A DNA stretch of 64,000 bases, taken from contig CAVVYZ010000021.1 in the NCBI GenBank assembly GCA_963752595.1, positions 1 to 64,000 of the forward strand, written 5' to 3'. This document shows positions 20,548 through 32,264 of this stretch, in pieces. The stretch's first letter is position 1. Each line of letters begins with the position of its first letter. This stretch comes from an uncultured delta proteobacterium (GTDB taxonomy: Bacteria > Desulfobacterota > Desulfomonilia > UBA1062). The notes beneath the pieces were generated by a model. It had not been told where the DNA came from. It did not search any database and saw only the letters and a list, made by a program, of their open reading frames with translations. A program made the position numbers and the translations under genes.

Positions 20548-20982
20548 TTGCTCTTTCACCTCTTTTGCGAAAGGCAAATAAACAATATTTCCGTTCCATT
20601 AAGTAAAAGCCTAACCTGCAAGAAAGCACGATATGGGCTCATATGCTCATACGATTTAGCATCTTCATTCAAATCCGTCATGTCATCCGCGGAGGTGGGA
20701 ATCCAGAATTACAAAGCAGATGCAGGGCATTGATTTTCATTATAAAAAGTCTTCACCATTTGCCCGTGGCTGCATTCTTTCCAGGGTACCAATGGTTCTG
20801 TATGTCCTTATAAATGAGGATGGAAGAGATCTTGAAGACCTGCGCCTACGGAATCATCATCAGTATAGCGGAGAAGGGTATGGAGGCGGAGAAATGGAGA
20901 CATAGTCATTATTTAACATAATATATATTATCGGCCATTTGATGTTTACGCTATAAAAGTCGTAGATAAGGCTTTTTGCGGT

Positions 20983-22133
20983 TTATGTACGATACTCCGA
21001 ATTGATCTTCACGTAGTCGTATGAGAGATCCGTGGTAAAGGCAGTGAATCTTCCCGCACCGCCCTTCAGATCGATCTCAATTGCGATGTCTCTTTCCTTG
21101 AGCTTACCATGCAGGATGTCTTCGCTGAAACCTTCCGCCTCGTTTCCGGATGTCACGACACGGTAGCCTGAAAATGTGATATCGATCTTTTCGGGATCGA
21201 TCGGTATACCGCTATACCCGACGGCTGCCATGATCCGTCCCCAGTTGGGATCTGCCCCGAACAATGCGGTCTTGACCAGGAGCGAATTCGCCACAGCCAT
21301 CGCTGCTTTCTTTGCTTCGGCATCGGTGCCGGCGCCCGTCACGGTTATTGCCACCGTCTTCGTCGCACCTTCGCCGTCTTTTACCAGCAGCATGGCAAGC
21401 TCCCTGATGACCTCATGGATGCTTCTGCCTATTTCATTTATGTTTTCAGTAACATATCCCGATGAAAGCGCCAGAAGCGTATCGTTCGTAGACATATCTC
21501 CATCAATGGTAATCGCGTTAAAGGTACTTTTGATGGATGTTTTTATAATATTATCAAGGACTTGTTTGTCGATAGCCGCATCGGTCAGGACAACGGCCAA
21601 TGTCGTCGCCATATCGGGGGCTATCATGCCTGCTCCCTTGGCTATACCGAGAATGGTCGCGGAGCCTGATTGTCGGGTAACGACCTTTGGAAAGGTATCC
21701 GTTGTCATGATAGCCTTTGCAAACGGTGCAGGATCTTGTCCGAGACCGGCTGCGAGTTCCGGGATCTTTGCCAGCATTCTCTGAACCGGCATCTTCACGC
21801 CGATGACGCCTGTCGAGAGCGGCGCAACATCATCACGGCGTATCCCGAGCCTTTTTGCCGTTTCTTCCATGAGCACCTGCGCATCCTTCATGCCGTGATT
21901 GCCGGTGCATGCATTGGCATTTCCCGAATTTGCGAGAATGGCCCTTAAGCTTCCTTTCTTCACAAGGTCCATGCCGATGAGAACAGGGGCAGCCTTTACC
22001 AGGTTCAGGGTGAAAACGCCTGAAGCAACCGCATCCTTTTTGCAGACGATAAGCCCCATATCCAGCCGCGTAGTCCCTGGGGCCTTGACTCCTGCATTGA
22101 TGGCGGAAAAGGTGAAGCCCCGGAAGGAATCAT
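20983..22133 (-). CDS. argJ: Bifunctional ornithine acetyltransferase ArgJ; one indel near 22118
   Basis: NSGNANACTG, IMTTDT, KGAGMIAPDMAT, DGDMSTND, DGEGATK, DPNWGRI; N-terminus MIPSG/FTFSAINAGVK spans a frameshift. Confidence 0.93.
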
Positions 22134-24776
22134 GCCTCTACACCGCAGCACTGCTTGATATTTCTTACCCGAGCCGCAGGGGCACTGATCGTTCCTGCCG
22201 ACCTTTTTCCCTGCCTCTTGAAGGTGCGGGCTTTCTCCGAAGACGGGCCGCGTCCGAGCTGCATCCGCTGCTGGCGCTCGCTTTGTAGATATCTTTTCCA
22301 CGTCTTCCTCGCGCTGGATCTGGATTTTGAACAGCCTCTCCAGAGCTCAGCTCCCTCATGCGGGAAAGCGTTGCCACGAACATGTCGAAACCTTCCTTCT
22401 GATATTCGCGCAAAGGATTCTTCTGGCCGTATCCCCTCAGCCCGATGCCTTCCTTTAGATGGTCCATGGAAAGGAGATGGTCTTTCCAGAGCGTGTCAAG
22501 GGTTATGCAGGAGGATCTGGCGCTCCACCATCCGCATGACATCGGGGGTGAATTCCTCTTCGCGCAGGTCATATTGATCCATGATCGCCTTCTCGTGCCT
22601 CCATCAGGGCTGTCGCGGCTGCTCCCCCTTAGCGGGGTCATACTTGAGCTCGAGATCGAACACATTCCCGAGCCATGTCCTTCAGGCCGTCCATATCCCA
22701 TTCGGTGGCAGGGGCTTTATGCCGGAACGTAGAGTTCGATGTTTTCTTCGAGTGCTTCGTCGATCATATCCTCCACCAGTTCCTTGAGGTTTTCTTCGGA
22801 GAGGATCCTCCGGCGCTGGGTGTAGATGACCTCCCGCTGCCTGTTCATGACGTCGTCATATTCAAGGAGATGCTTGCGTATCTCGAAGTTGCTGCCTTCG
22901 ACCTTTTTCTGGGCGCCCTCGATGCTCTTGCTGATGAGTCGATGCTCGATGGGTTCATCCTCCTGCACGCCAAGCTTGTCCATGATGGACGAGATCCGCT
23001 CGGATCCGAAAATGCGCAGAAGATCGTCCTCAGGCTCAGGTAGAATCTGGATTCGCCCGGGTCTCCCTGCCGCCCTGACCTTCCCCTGAGCTGGTTGTCG
23101 ATGCGCCTGCTCTCATGTCGTTCCGTTCCGAGAATGAAGAGCCCTCCTGCATCCGTCAACTTCTTTATGTTCTTTTTCACACTGATCCTTGAATTTATTG
23201 AAAACCTCAGGATAGTTGCTCGTCATCTGCGGTCACGCGCTGTCTGGTCAGAAATTCCGGGTTGCCGCCCAGCATGATGTCCGTACCCCTGCCCGCCATG
23301 TTGGTGGCGATGGTGACAGCGCCCTTCCTGCCCGCCTGGGCAACGATCTCCGCCTCGCTCTCATGGTGCTTGGCATTCAGCACATGGTGGGGCACCCCTT
23401 TCCTCTTGAGCAGGGCCGACACCTTTTCCGAATTCTCGATGGAACTGGTGCCCACCAGCACCGGTTGACCCTTCTCATGGCATTCGTTGATCTGATCTGA
23501 TGACGGCCTTGAATTTTTCTTTTTCGGTCTTGTAGATCACGTCGGAGTGGTCTTTGCGGACCATGGGCATATTCGGCGGGAATCACCACGACTTCCAGAC
23601 CGTAAATATTGTTGAACTCCAGCGCCTCCGTTTCGGCGGTACCGGTCATGCCGGCAAGCTTTTCATACATGCGGAAATAATTCTGAAAGGTGATGGTGGC
23701 AAGCGTCTGGTTTTCATTCGCCACCTTTACGCCTTCCTTTGCCTCGAGGGCCTGATGGAGACCTTCGGAATAGCGCCTGCCCGGCATGAGCCTGCCGGTG
23801 AACTCGTCCACGATAATGACTTCTCCATCCTTGACCACATAGTGGACATCGCGATTGAACAGCGTGTGCGCCTCGAGGGCCTGGTTGAGGTGATGAACGG
23901 TTTCGAATTCCGAGGAGTCGTAGAGGTTGTTCTTTCCGAGAGGTCTTCTGCAGAATTCGACGCCTTCTTCGGTGAGGACCACGGTGTTGGCCTTCTCGTC
24001 CTTGGTGTAGAGATTCTTCTGCATCCTTCCGCCTGAGGAGATCGATGACGGCATTGTTCGCATCGTAATACTTCGACGTCGACTCTTCCGCGGGACCGGA
24101 GATGATGAGCGGCGTCCTTGCTTCATCGATGAGGATGGAGTCCACCTCGTCCACGATGGCATAGTAGAAGTCCCTCTGGACATAGTCCTCGAAGGCGAAC
24201 TTCATGTTGTCCCTGAGGTAATCGAACCCGAATTCATTGTTCGTCCCGTAGGTGATGTCGGCATCGGTAGCTCCTCTTCCTCTGCTCGTCGTCAAGCCCA
24301 TGGACGATGACCCCCACATCGAGGCCCAGGAAACGGTAGATGTTGCCCATCCACTCGGCATCACGGCGGGCCAGGTAGTCGTTCACGGTGACGACATGCA
24401 CACCCTTCCCGGCCAGGGCATTGAGATAGACGGGCATGGTTGCGACCAGGGTCTTTCCTTCGCCTGTCTTCATCTCGGAGATCTTTCCCTCGTGGAGGAT
24501 GATCCCGCCGATGAGCTGAACATCGAAAGGCCTCATGTCGAGGGATCTCCTGGACGCCTCCCGAATGCGTGGCAAAGGCCTCGGGAAGGATATCGTCCAG
24601 GCTTGCCCCTGCGTCGAGGCTTCTCTTTGAAGTACGGGAGTCATGGCCTTCAGCGAAGCGTCATCCAAAGCCTGAAACTTCCCTTCGAACTCATTGACAC
24701 GCAGCAAAAGAGGTTTAAGCCTGCGTATTTCCCTCTCATTTTTACTTCCAAATAGTTTAACTAGCCAATTATACAT
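22130..24776 (-). CDS. secA: Preprotein translocase SecA, fragmented by many indels
   Basis: Ordered fragments: [79 protein letters not shown]. Confidence 0.95.
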
Positions 24777-24839
24777 ACGGATTTACCAATCCTTTTCTCT
24801 TTTTGTTGGGGTAAAGAGAGTAATAGAATATAGATGTGA

Positions 24840-25744
24840 CTATTTCAACATATATCTTCGGGGATTCACATGGACGCCGTTCACGAGAATCTCGTAATGC
24901 AGATGGGATCCGGTAGCGCGCCCCGAGTTTCCGAGAGATGCAATCTTGTCCCCCTTCTTCACGTGCTTCCCGACGCCGATGGAAGAATCATGGAGATGCC
25001 CGTACTTGGTCACGATCCCGTTGCCGTGGTCGATCTCCATGACATTTCCATAACTTTCGCTTCTGTAATAAGAAGTCACAATACCATCTGCGGGCGCATA
25101 TACAGGTGTTGCTTCCATGGAGGCGATATCAATGCCCCTATGAAATTCAGTATCATCGGAAAAAGGAGACTCGCGCCATCCGAAACGGGAGGTGAGAAAT
25201 CCATAGGCCGGGCATAAAGTCGGGGTATGGGCAATGAGGAAGCTTTGTTTCTGTATCTCTGAAACGAGCTCTCTTGCTACTTCCTGTTCTACTGCGATAT
25301 CCTCTCCTAGCTTCTCAATATGGGAATCGAGCTCACGGCTGATCGCTCTGCCTGCAATGGAACTCAAGCTTCGGGATTTTCTCGAAAAATTCCGGATCGT
25401 TTCCACCCCTGCCGTTCAGATCCCCTGGGAGATCGAGAATAATACGGGATGCTTCTGTCAGACGCCGATTATAACTCCTCAAGACATCCATCTCTTCATC
25501 GAGGACCGCAACCTTTTTTGAGAGGTCCGTGATCTTTCTGGTCTGCTCGATGTTTTTCTTTTTCATGAGGTCGATCCGGGAAATATCGGACCGCAAGCGA
25601 TGGATTTTATACCCGGCGAATCCCGAGAATATTGCCAGCGCCATGACTATGAGCACTACGAACAGAATAAAGGGGAAGGCCTTTGATCCTCGTTATCGCG
25701 CCATCTCTACTCGAATGGATGAGTATCGTCCAGCGGGACTTCAT
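24840..25744 (-). CDS. M23 family metallopeptidase with N-terminal TM and coiled coil; at least 2 indels
   Basis: H.GIDI, YGHL, G.SGRATG.HLHYE; ORFs 25333-25656 and 24840-25406 join; probable ATG at 25744. Confidence 0.85.
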
Positions 25745-25755
25745 AAAAATAGCCC

Positions 25756-27075
25756 TCACTGTGCACTGATATCGATGCTCTCAATCAATACTGAAGGGCA
25801 CATCACATGCCCGAATTCTCTCATATCTGTGCCCACGGCTGCAACCCGTGAGAATAATTCATACAAGTTTCCCGAGATAGCTGCCTCACGTATAGGATAC
25901 AGCGGCTTATCTCCTTCCATGATCATCCCGCTCACCCCCACGGAAAATTCACCCGTAATGGGATTTGCGGTATGCATGCCCATGATATCAGTAATTTTAA
26001 GTGCTTGCTTGAGCCCTTTGAGCTCCCGGTTTATCTCTTGGGGCCCTGGCTCCATGCAGAGATGCCTGATTCCGGCTGTTGGAGTTGAGCGGTAGCTTCC
26101 ACGTAGGGAATTCCCCGTGGAGCTTGCCCCGGCTGCACTTCCCCAGTAGCTGTCATAGACAAAGGAACGGACGGTCCCCTTTTCCACAAGGATGTTCTTC
26201 CGTGACCTGACTCCTTCGCCATCGAAGGGGCAGGCATCGGCAGCATGGACGTCAAGGGCATCGTCGAAGAGGGATACCGACCCGGAGAAGCACTTCATCC
26301 CGAGCTTGTCTTTCAGAAAAGACTTCCCCTTGATCACATTCTCCCCGACAAATGCATCCGATATGAACTCGAGGATCTGGGCAGTCGTCGTGTTGTCGAA
26401 GAGCGCAGGGAGCTTCACTGTCTGGATCTTTCTGGCCAAGAGCATGTCGGTCGCCCTTTTCGCAGCTTCCTTCCCTACCCTTGCAACGTCTACTTCTTTT
26501 AAAAAATGGCTGAAATCGAATTCATAGCCTGACTGAGTATCGTCATCCTGCTTTGCCATGACCATGATCGAGGAAGAGACAAAGGAAAACCGGGAAGAAG
26601 TATCGATCCCGTGGGAATTCACGATGCGGACATTCGAGGTTGTCCGTGAGAAAGATGCCTTGCGTACCTGGTGTATCCTCTTGTCGGCATCCCGGGCTGA
26701 TCGTTCGAGCGATATAGCCCTCTGGATGCAGTCTTCTGCGGTAAGGTTAGAGACCTCCGCATCAAAAGTATCAAGGCCCGCGTATCCTTCCTGCCTGCCG
26801 GGCAGCCGATTGTGCTGATCCTTGAACTGATACCGTGCCGATGTTATTGCCGAATCTATCAGTTCTTCCGTTGCCTCGGATCCGTATGCGAATCCCATGG
26901 CATCCTCCATGAGGACGCGCAGACCGATCCCTGATTCGCTTGATCGCATCAGTGAACCGGGCGAGCATTCTTTGGATTCGGCCCTGATGCTGTCGGATGC
27001 AGTACCGTATACTTCAAATTCCTTGATGGACCGTTTCCGTAGGAGTTCGACCGCCTTTGCAATCTTATTTTCCAT
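25756..27075 (-). CDS. pmbA: TldE/PmbA family protein
   Basis: GIGLRV, FDGEG, STGN..R, GMHTANPITGEFS, SGN. Confidence 0.85.
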   Translation of the reverse strand: MENKIAKAVELLRKRSIKEFEVYGTASDSIRAESKECSPGSLMRSSESGIGLRVLMEDAMGFAYGSEATEELIDSAITSARYQFKDQHNRLPGRQEGYAGLDTFDAEVSNLTAEDCIQRAISLERSARDADKRIHQVRKASFSRTTSNVRIVNSHGIDTSSRFSFVSSSIMVMAKQDDDTQSGYEFDFSHFLKEVDVARVGKEAAKRATDMLLARKIQTVKLPALFDNTTTAQILEFISDAFVGENVIKGKSFLKDKLGMKCFSGSVSLFDDALDVHAADACPFDGEGVRSRKNILVEKGTVRSFVYDSYWGSAAGASSTGNSLRGSYRSTPTAGIRHLCMEPGPQEINRELKGLKQALKITDIMGMHTANPITGEFSVGVSGMIMEGDKPLYPIREAAISGNLYELFSRVAAVGTDMREFGHVMCPSVLIESIDISAQ

Positions 27076-27085
27076 GTGCCGTCAT

Positions 27086-27551
27086 CTAACCTTCTATATG
27101 GTAAATAAGCGCCGTTTCCCTGCAATCCGGGAAATACTGGCAATGGATACAATCGCCCCAGATCTTGTTGGGCAGCGTGGATTTGTCGACCTCAGAGAAG
27201 CCCGTTTTTTTAAAAAATTCAGGGACATAGGTAAGAGCAAACAGGGTTTTCAGCTGGAGTTCGGATGCCTCGCGAATGCATGACATTCACCAGTTCCTTC
27301 CCAATTCCTGTGCTCTGGTATTCTTTCTTTACTGCCAGGGTCCTGATCTCCGCCATATCGTTCCAGGAAACCTGCAGCGCGCAGCAGCCTATTATCTCTG
27401 TATGGTCAAGGTCACTGGTCATAATCCAGAAATCCCTTATGCTCGTATAAAGCGAATGGAGAGATTTCGGCAGAATCAATCCCTCCTTCACGAATGGGTC
27501 GACCAAATTCTTGATCTTTGGTACCTCATTCACCAGCAGCTTCCGTATCAT
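27086..27551 (-). CDS. argA: Short GNAT N-acetylglutamate synthase (ArgA-like); one indel near 27288
   Basis: IRDF, GCCAL, AEIRTLAV, GIGK.LV joined to FALTYVPEFF..GF, LP.KIWGDCIHC..FPDC.E. Confidence 0.75.
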
Positions 27552-27739
27552 GATAAATCCAAATCCTCTTTAATTTTTTCATAGATAGACCACCGGTAAG
27601 AGGAAATGTCAAACGTAAATCTTTTACTATTCATTATAACAAGGCCCTCCAGGGAAACAACTTCACTATCGAAAGGGAATTTATCCTTCAATATTCATTT
27701 CCAACGTAGGAGCTTTTTTGTCACATGCGTTGTGGCAAA

Positions 27740-29374
27740 CTACATCCCGATGAGTTCTTTTGCATGTTCGATTACGGCCTGACTGGGGGTTTCCCCGCCC
27801 ATCATCCTGGCAAGCTCGAGCACCCTGTCCATGCGGGCTACTTCCTGAATGTTGGAACTTGTTGCGTCGTTGACAACCTTCTTGGTGATCAGAAAATGGG
27901 AATCCGCTACGGAAGCCACCTGATGGAGATGGGTGACTACAATGGACTGTGCGTGCTCGGACAGCTGTTTGAGCCTCTGGGCGATCATGAATGCTGTCTG
28001 GCCGCTTATGCCGGAATCTATTTCATCAAAGATCAGTGTCCCTTCCTGGGAGGTTTTCTGCTGAACCTTGATGGCAAGCATGATGCGGCTCAGTTCTCCG
28101 CCTGATGCAACCTTAGCCAGGGGCATCGGCTTCTGACCTACATTCGTCGAGGTGAGGAATTCGCCCTTGAGGACGGCTCCCGGAGGGGAGACCATGCCCG
28201 CGCCGTCGAATAAAAAATCTTTCCTCTCCGAAAACTCAGCCTGTACGATACGGAATTCCGTGCCGGGCATACCCAGGGCTTCGAGATCATGATTGATCTT
28301 TTCGCAGAACGCCTGGGAAAACTCCTGCCGCTTCTCCAGGAATGCATGGATGAGTTCCCGATATTCGTCTGTGGCTCGGGAGACTGCATCCTTGGCCTGT
28401 TCCAATACGGTGTCCGACTCTTCTGTAAGGGCAAGGCGCCTCAGGATCTCTTCCTTGAGCTCAAGGAGGCCGAGCTCATCGGTTCTGTGCTTGCGTTTCA
28501 GATCCTGGATAAAATGAATCTTTTCCTCAAGGAATTCGATCTCTTCCGGATCATACTCATACGTGGAGATCTTCTCCCGCAGAGACATGCTGATATCCTC
28601 GATCCGGGCAACAACATCTCCCAGCGATTCGACGAGGTTGTCCACCTGACGATCGAAGCATGCAACCTTCGATAGGTAATCCTTTGCCTGGGCTGTGAGC
28701 TCCACAACCGATGATGACCCGGAGTAAAGGATATCTTCGGCAAGGTGCGCACAGCGCTTCAGCTCTGCCGCTCCATGCGCACGGCTCAACTCCGAGGCAA
28801 GCTCGTCCTCGAGCCCTTCGGTTATTTCCATCGATTGCAGTTCGGCGAGGGCAAACTGGAACTCCTCTCTCTCCAGGCGGTACTGCTGAACCTTGGCTTG
28901 CAGTTCTCTTAGGGAGACTACAGCCTTGGCAACGGTATCATATGCATTCTGTACACTGTCGCGGTGCAAACCCGCCAGTTCTTCAAGGATCGCCATCTGC
29001 TGGCTGGGGCTGAGCAGATCCTGGTAGTCATGCTGACCGTAAATCGTGATCAGACCTGAAGAGAACTCGGCGAGATTGCTTACGGTAGCAAGCTTTCCAT
29101 CGATATAGCACCGGCTCGAGCCTGTCGGGTATATCTCGCGCCGGATCACCGTCTGCCGGCCCGAAATGGTGAAAAGGGCCTCGATGCTCGCCTTCTGGGC
29201 ACCGGGACGCACCATGTCCTGGCTCGCCTTCGACCCCATGAGCAGCATCAGGGCTCCCAAGACCAGGGATTTCCCTGCTCCGGTTTCTCCGGTGATACAA
29301 TTGAGGCCGCTCCTGAACTCGATCTCGGCCTCGTCAAAAATCGCCATGGAAGAGATCTTTAAAAATTCTATCAT
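27740..29374 (-). CDS. recN: DNA repair protein RecN
   Basis: TGETGAGKS, GQH, coiled coil, ASGGELSR, FDEIDSGISG, THL.QVAS. Confidence 0.96.
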   Translation of the reverse strand: MIEFLKISSMAIFDEAEIEFRSGLNCITGETGAGKSLVLGALMLLMGSKASQDMVRPGAQKASIEALFTISGRQTVIRREIYPTGSSRCYIDGKLATVSNLAEFSSGLITIYGQHDYQDLLSPSQQMAILEELAGLHRDSVQNAYDTVAKAVVSLRELQAKVQQYRLEREEFQFALAELQSMEITEGLEDELASELSRAHGAAELKRCAHLAEDILYSGSSSVVELTAQAKDYLSKVACFDRQVDNLVESLGDVVARIEDISMSLREKISTYEYDPEEIEFLEEKIHFIQDLKRKHRTDELGLLELKEEILRRLALTEESDTVLEQAKDAVSRATDEYRELIHAFLEKRQEFSQAFCEKINHDLEALGMPGTEFRIVQAEFSERKDFLFDGAGMVSPPGAVLKGEFLTSTNVGQKPMPLAKVASGGELSRIMLAIKVQQKTSQEGTLIFDEIDSGISGQTAFMIAQRLKQLSEHAQSIVVTHLHQVASVADSHFLITKKVVNDATSSNIQEVARMDRVLELARMMGGETPSQAVIEHAKELIGM

Positions 29375-30219
29375 CTCTCCTGCCAGCCCAGCTTTGTCCT
29401 CAGGATTTCAAAGTAGTCTCTCTGGGGGAACCGTAAAACGATCGCCTTGTACTCTCCCCGCCTTATGACAAGGTTATCGCCGGCCTCGAGCGGAAAACCC
29501 CTCTGACCGTCAAGGGTCAGGTATATGTTGTCGGATCGCTTTCCTGACTGCACGATGATGTTCACTTCCTGGGAATCGGGCAGCACGATACTCCTGTTGG
29601 AAAGGACATGGGGACATATGGGAGTGAGAATAATGGCACCGACCTGAGGATGGACGATGGGACCCCCGGTGGCGAGGTTGTATGCCGTTGAGCCGGTCGG
29701 AGTAGAGACGATCAGACCGTCGGCGCGGTAACAGGTGATGAAGGTGGAGTCAGTCCATACCTCGATCTCGATGATCCGCGCCAGAGCGCTTTTATTGATG
29801 ACAACATCGTTGAGGACATGCTGCGAGGTGATTAACCGGTCGCCCCGCATGAGGGTGGATTTGAACATGGCCCTCTCTTCGCGGACGAAATTGCCGGAGA
29901 GAACAGATTCAAGGGCATCATATACCTCGTCTTCCGTTACTTCGGTGAGAAAGCCCAGATACCCCATATGCACGCCAAGGATAGGGATCCCTTTCCGGGC
30001 CGACATCCATATGGTTCTCAAAAAGGTGCCGTCGCCGCCGATGGCAATGAGAATATCCGCCTTATCCCAGGGCGGCGGGGTATTTTCTATCCCGAAGGCA
30101 TGCGCAACATGGTCTTCGACCAGGCAATCGAATCCCCTGGCCTTGATCCATTCCCGGACACGCATTGAAAGGGCGAGGGCCTCTGTATTGTCCTCTTTGC
30201 AGACAATCCCAAAAATCAT
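29371..30219 (-). CDS. nadK: NAD kinase
   Basis: GGDGT, LGFLT, LND, DGLIVSTPTGSTAY. Confidence 0.96.
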   Translation of the reverse strand: MIFGIVCKEDNTEALALSMRVREWIKARGFDCLVEDHVAHAFGIENTPPPWDKADILIAIGGDGTFLRTIWMSARKGIPILGVHMGYLGFLTEVTEDEVYDALESVLSGNFVREERAMFKSTLMRGDRLITSQHVLNDVVINKSALARIIEIEVWTDSTFITCYRADGLIVSTPTGSTAYNLATGGPIVHPQVGAIILTPICPHVLSNRSIVLPDSQEVNIIVQSGKRSDNIYLTLDGQRGFPLEAGDNLVIRRGEYKAIVLRFPQRDYFEILRTKLGWQER

Positions 30220-30322
30220 CTTCCGTCTATACCCACCTGTGCCGGAATTTGTCTAGAATAAAAATTGCCATTTCTTTTTAACTCATTACCGCGGGTAATG
30301 CCTGTGCTGAACCAGTAGAGAA

Positions 30323-31615
30323 TCACCTCTCCAGATATGCGACGGACTCGATATGGTATGTCTGCGGGAACATGTCGAACAGCTTCACACTCTTCACGTT
30401 ATATCCGGACTGGACGAGCGGCTTCAAATCCCTTGCGAGGGTGCTCGGATTACAGGAAATGTAAATGATTCGCCGGGCTTTGAGCTCCGGGAGAATCCGG
30501 GCCACATCCTTTGCACCTTCCCTGGGCGGATCGAGAACGACGGTATCAAAGCCCACCTGCTCGTCGCGTACGGATTCAACCGCTCTTGTCGCATCCATTG
30601 CCAGGAACCTGACATTTTCGGCCCGATTCTTTTTAGCGCTTACCTTGCCCTGAGATACGAGCTTATGGCTTTGCTCAATTCCGACCACCCGGGATGAAAC
30701 CCTTGAGAGCGGGATGCTGAAATTTCCTCCGCCGCTGTAGAGATCCAGGACGTACTCTGAGCCGGAAGCCAGGTATGAGACATACTCGATGAGGTCCGTA
30801 TTGACCTGATCGTTTGCCTGGATAAATCCGCCGAAGGCACTCGAAAGGTGCACCTGCCTCCCGTGTATGTCGAGAGAATACCGGCAGAAATTCTGACCGA
30901 GAACGAAATCGCTCCTTTTCGGCCCGAGCATGGCAAAAGATACCCCGGATATGTCGAGTTCGGCATAGATCTTCTCCATCACCTTCATGACCTTTTTCGG
31001 GTCTGTCTTCTCAACCCTGGCCAGGAGGATGCTCTCCTCCTGCGGGGCATGGATTTCGATCGATGAGAGTCCCGGCAAGGGGTTCTCCCGCAGGATACGC
31101 TTCAGACCGCCGATGATCTTCTGCACGCCGGGATTGAGTACCGGGCATTGGTCGAATTCAACGACCCGGTTGGACCGTTTCATGAAGAAGCCCAGGGAGA
31201 AATCAGGTTCGTATGCGCACTGCAGAATCGCATGCCCGCGATAACCGAAGTCTATCCGTGAAGGTACGGGCTGCTGCCGGGGAAGATCGACCTGCGGCAG
31301 GGCCTTTTTTATCTCATCGCACAAGATGGCATCTTTCCAGTAAACCTGGTCGGAATACGCAATATGCTGCCAGTCGCACCCCCCGCAAACGGAAAAAAGA
31401 GGACACTCCGGCTCTATCCGTTTCGGCGATCTTTCGAGTATTTCAATCACCTCAGCGGTGCAGTATGAAGATTGCTCCTTATCTACCTGAACGAGCAGGG
31501 ACTCGCCGGGAATCACTCCGGGAACAAAAACGACTTTTCCGTCTTCGCGTCTCCCGACCCCCCTGCCCCCGTACGACAAGGAATTGATCTTTACGGTAAA
31601 CGTGCTTGTACTCAT
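30323..31615 (-). CDS. rlmD: 23S rRNA (uracil-C5)-methyltransferase RlmD/TrmA family
   Basis: TRAM domain, C..F..CGGC, F.QAN, LDPPREG, YISCNP.TLARD, DMFPQT.HIE. Confidence 0.9.
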   Translation of the reverse strand: MSTSTFTVKINSLSYGGRGVGRREDGKVVFVPGVIPGESLLVQVDKEQSSYCTAEVIEILERSPKRIEPECPLFSVCGGCDWQHIAYSDQVYWKDAILCDEIKKALPQVDLPRQQPVPSRIDFGYRGHAILQCAYEPDFSLGFFMKRSNRVVEFDQCPVLNPGVQKIIGGLKRILRENPLPGLSSIEIHAPQEESILLARVEKTDPKKVMKVMEKIYAELDISGVSFAMLGPKRSDFVLGQNFCRYSLDIHGRQVHLSSAFGGFIQANDQVNTDLIEYVSYLASGSEYVLDLYSGGGNFSIPLSRVSSRVVGIEQSHKLVSQGKVSAKKNRAENVRFLAMDATRAVESVRDEQVGFDTVVLDPPREGAKDVARILPELKARRIIYISCNPSTLARDLKPLVQSGYNVKSVKLFDMFPQTYHIESVAYLER

Positions 31616-31640
31616 ATCAGGAAGGCTACCACAGGTTGCC

Positions 31641-32264
31641 TCATTGGGAAATACTTTCAGCAGATCTCATCGATCTCTTTTTTTGCCATTTGACGTAGAG
31701 TGCGATGATGATGCAGAGGCAGAAAATAACGCCTATCATCACCAGGTTTGAATACTGCTTGACGAGCTCTATGTTGTTTCCGACGAGAAAACCGATATAC
31801 GCGAGTATTGCCGACCATATCCCCGAGCCTAAGACGGTATAAATGCAGAACCTCGGAATGTTCATCCTGGCAAGCCCAGCCGGAAAGGAGATAAAATGTC
31901 TTACGACAGGGATGAATCTGCCTGTAAAGGTGCTTATTTCGCCGTGGTTGAAGAAAAATTCGTCAACCTTTTGAAACTTTTCCCGGGTCAGAAGGATATA
32001 TTTCCCATACTTCATGATCAGCGGCCTCCCAAGATACAGAGCCAGTACATAATTGAAAAATGCACCGATCAGGCTGCCGAGGGTCCCTGCTCCGATGACA
32101 AGCCATCCGTTCATCTCACCTTGCGCTATCAGGTATCCAGCCGGCGGAATGACCAGTTCGCTCGGTATAGGAAAGAACGTACTTTCCATGGCCATGAGGA
32201 TGACGATACCGGGGTAGCCGAGCCTCCCGATAAAATCCACAAGCCAGATTACGAATGTTTCCAT
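31641..32264 (-). CDS. DedA family membrane protein (second copy)
   Basis: MAMEST..PIPSELV.PPAG, GRFIP.VRHFISFPAG. Confidence 0.92.
   Translation of the reverse strand: METFVIWLVDFIGRLGYPGIVILMAMESTFFPIPSELVIPPAGYLIAQGEMNGWLVIGAGTLGSLIGAFFNYVLALYLGRPLIMKYGKYILLTREKFQKVDEFFFNHGEISTFTGRFIPVVRHFISFPAGLARMNIPRFCIYTVLGSGIWSAILAYIGFLVGNNIELVKQYSNLVMIGVIFCLCIIIALYVKWQKKRSMRSAESISQ

Noticed and set aside
22130-24776. Programmed frameshifting or pseudogene status for secA
   Set aside because: Too many irregular indels without slippery-site or stimulator signatures; neighbouring genes are equally affected; the gene is essential, so assembly error is the simplest explanation
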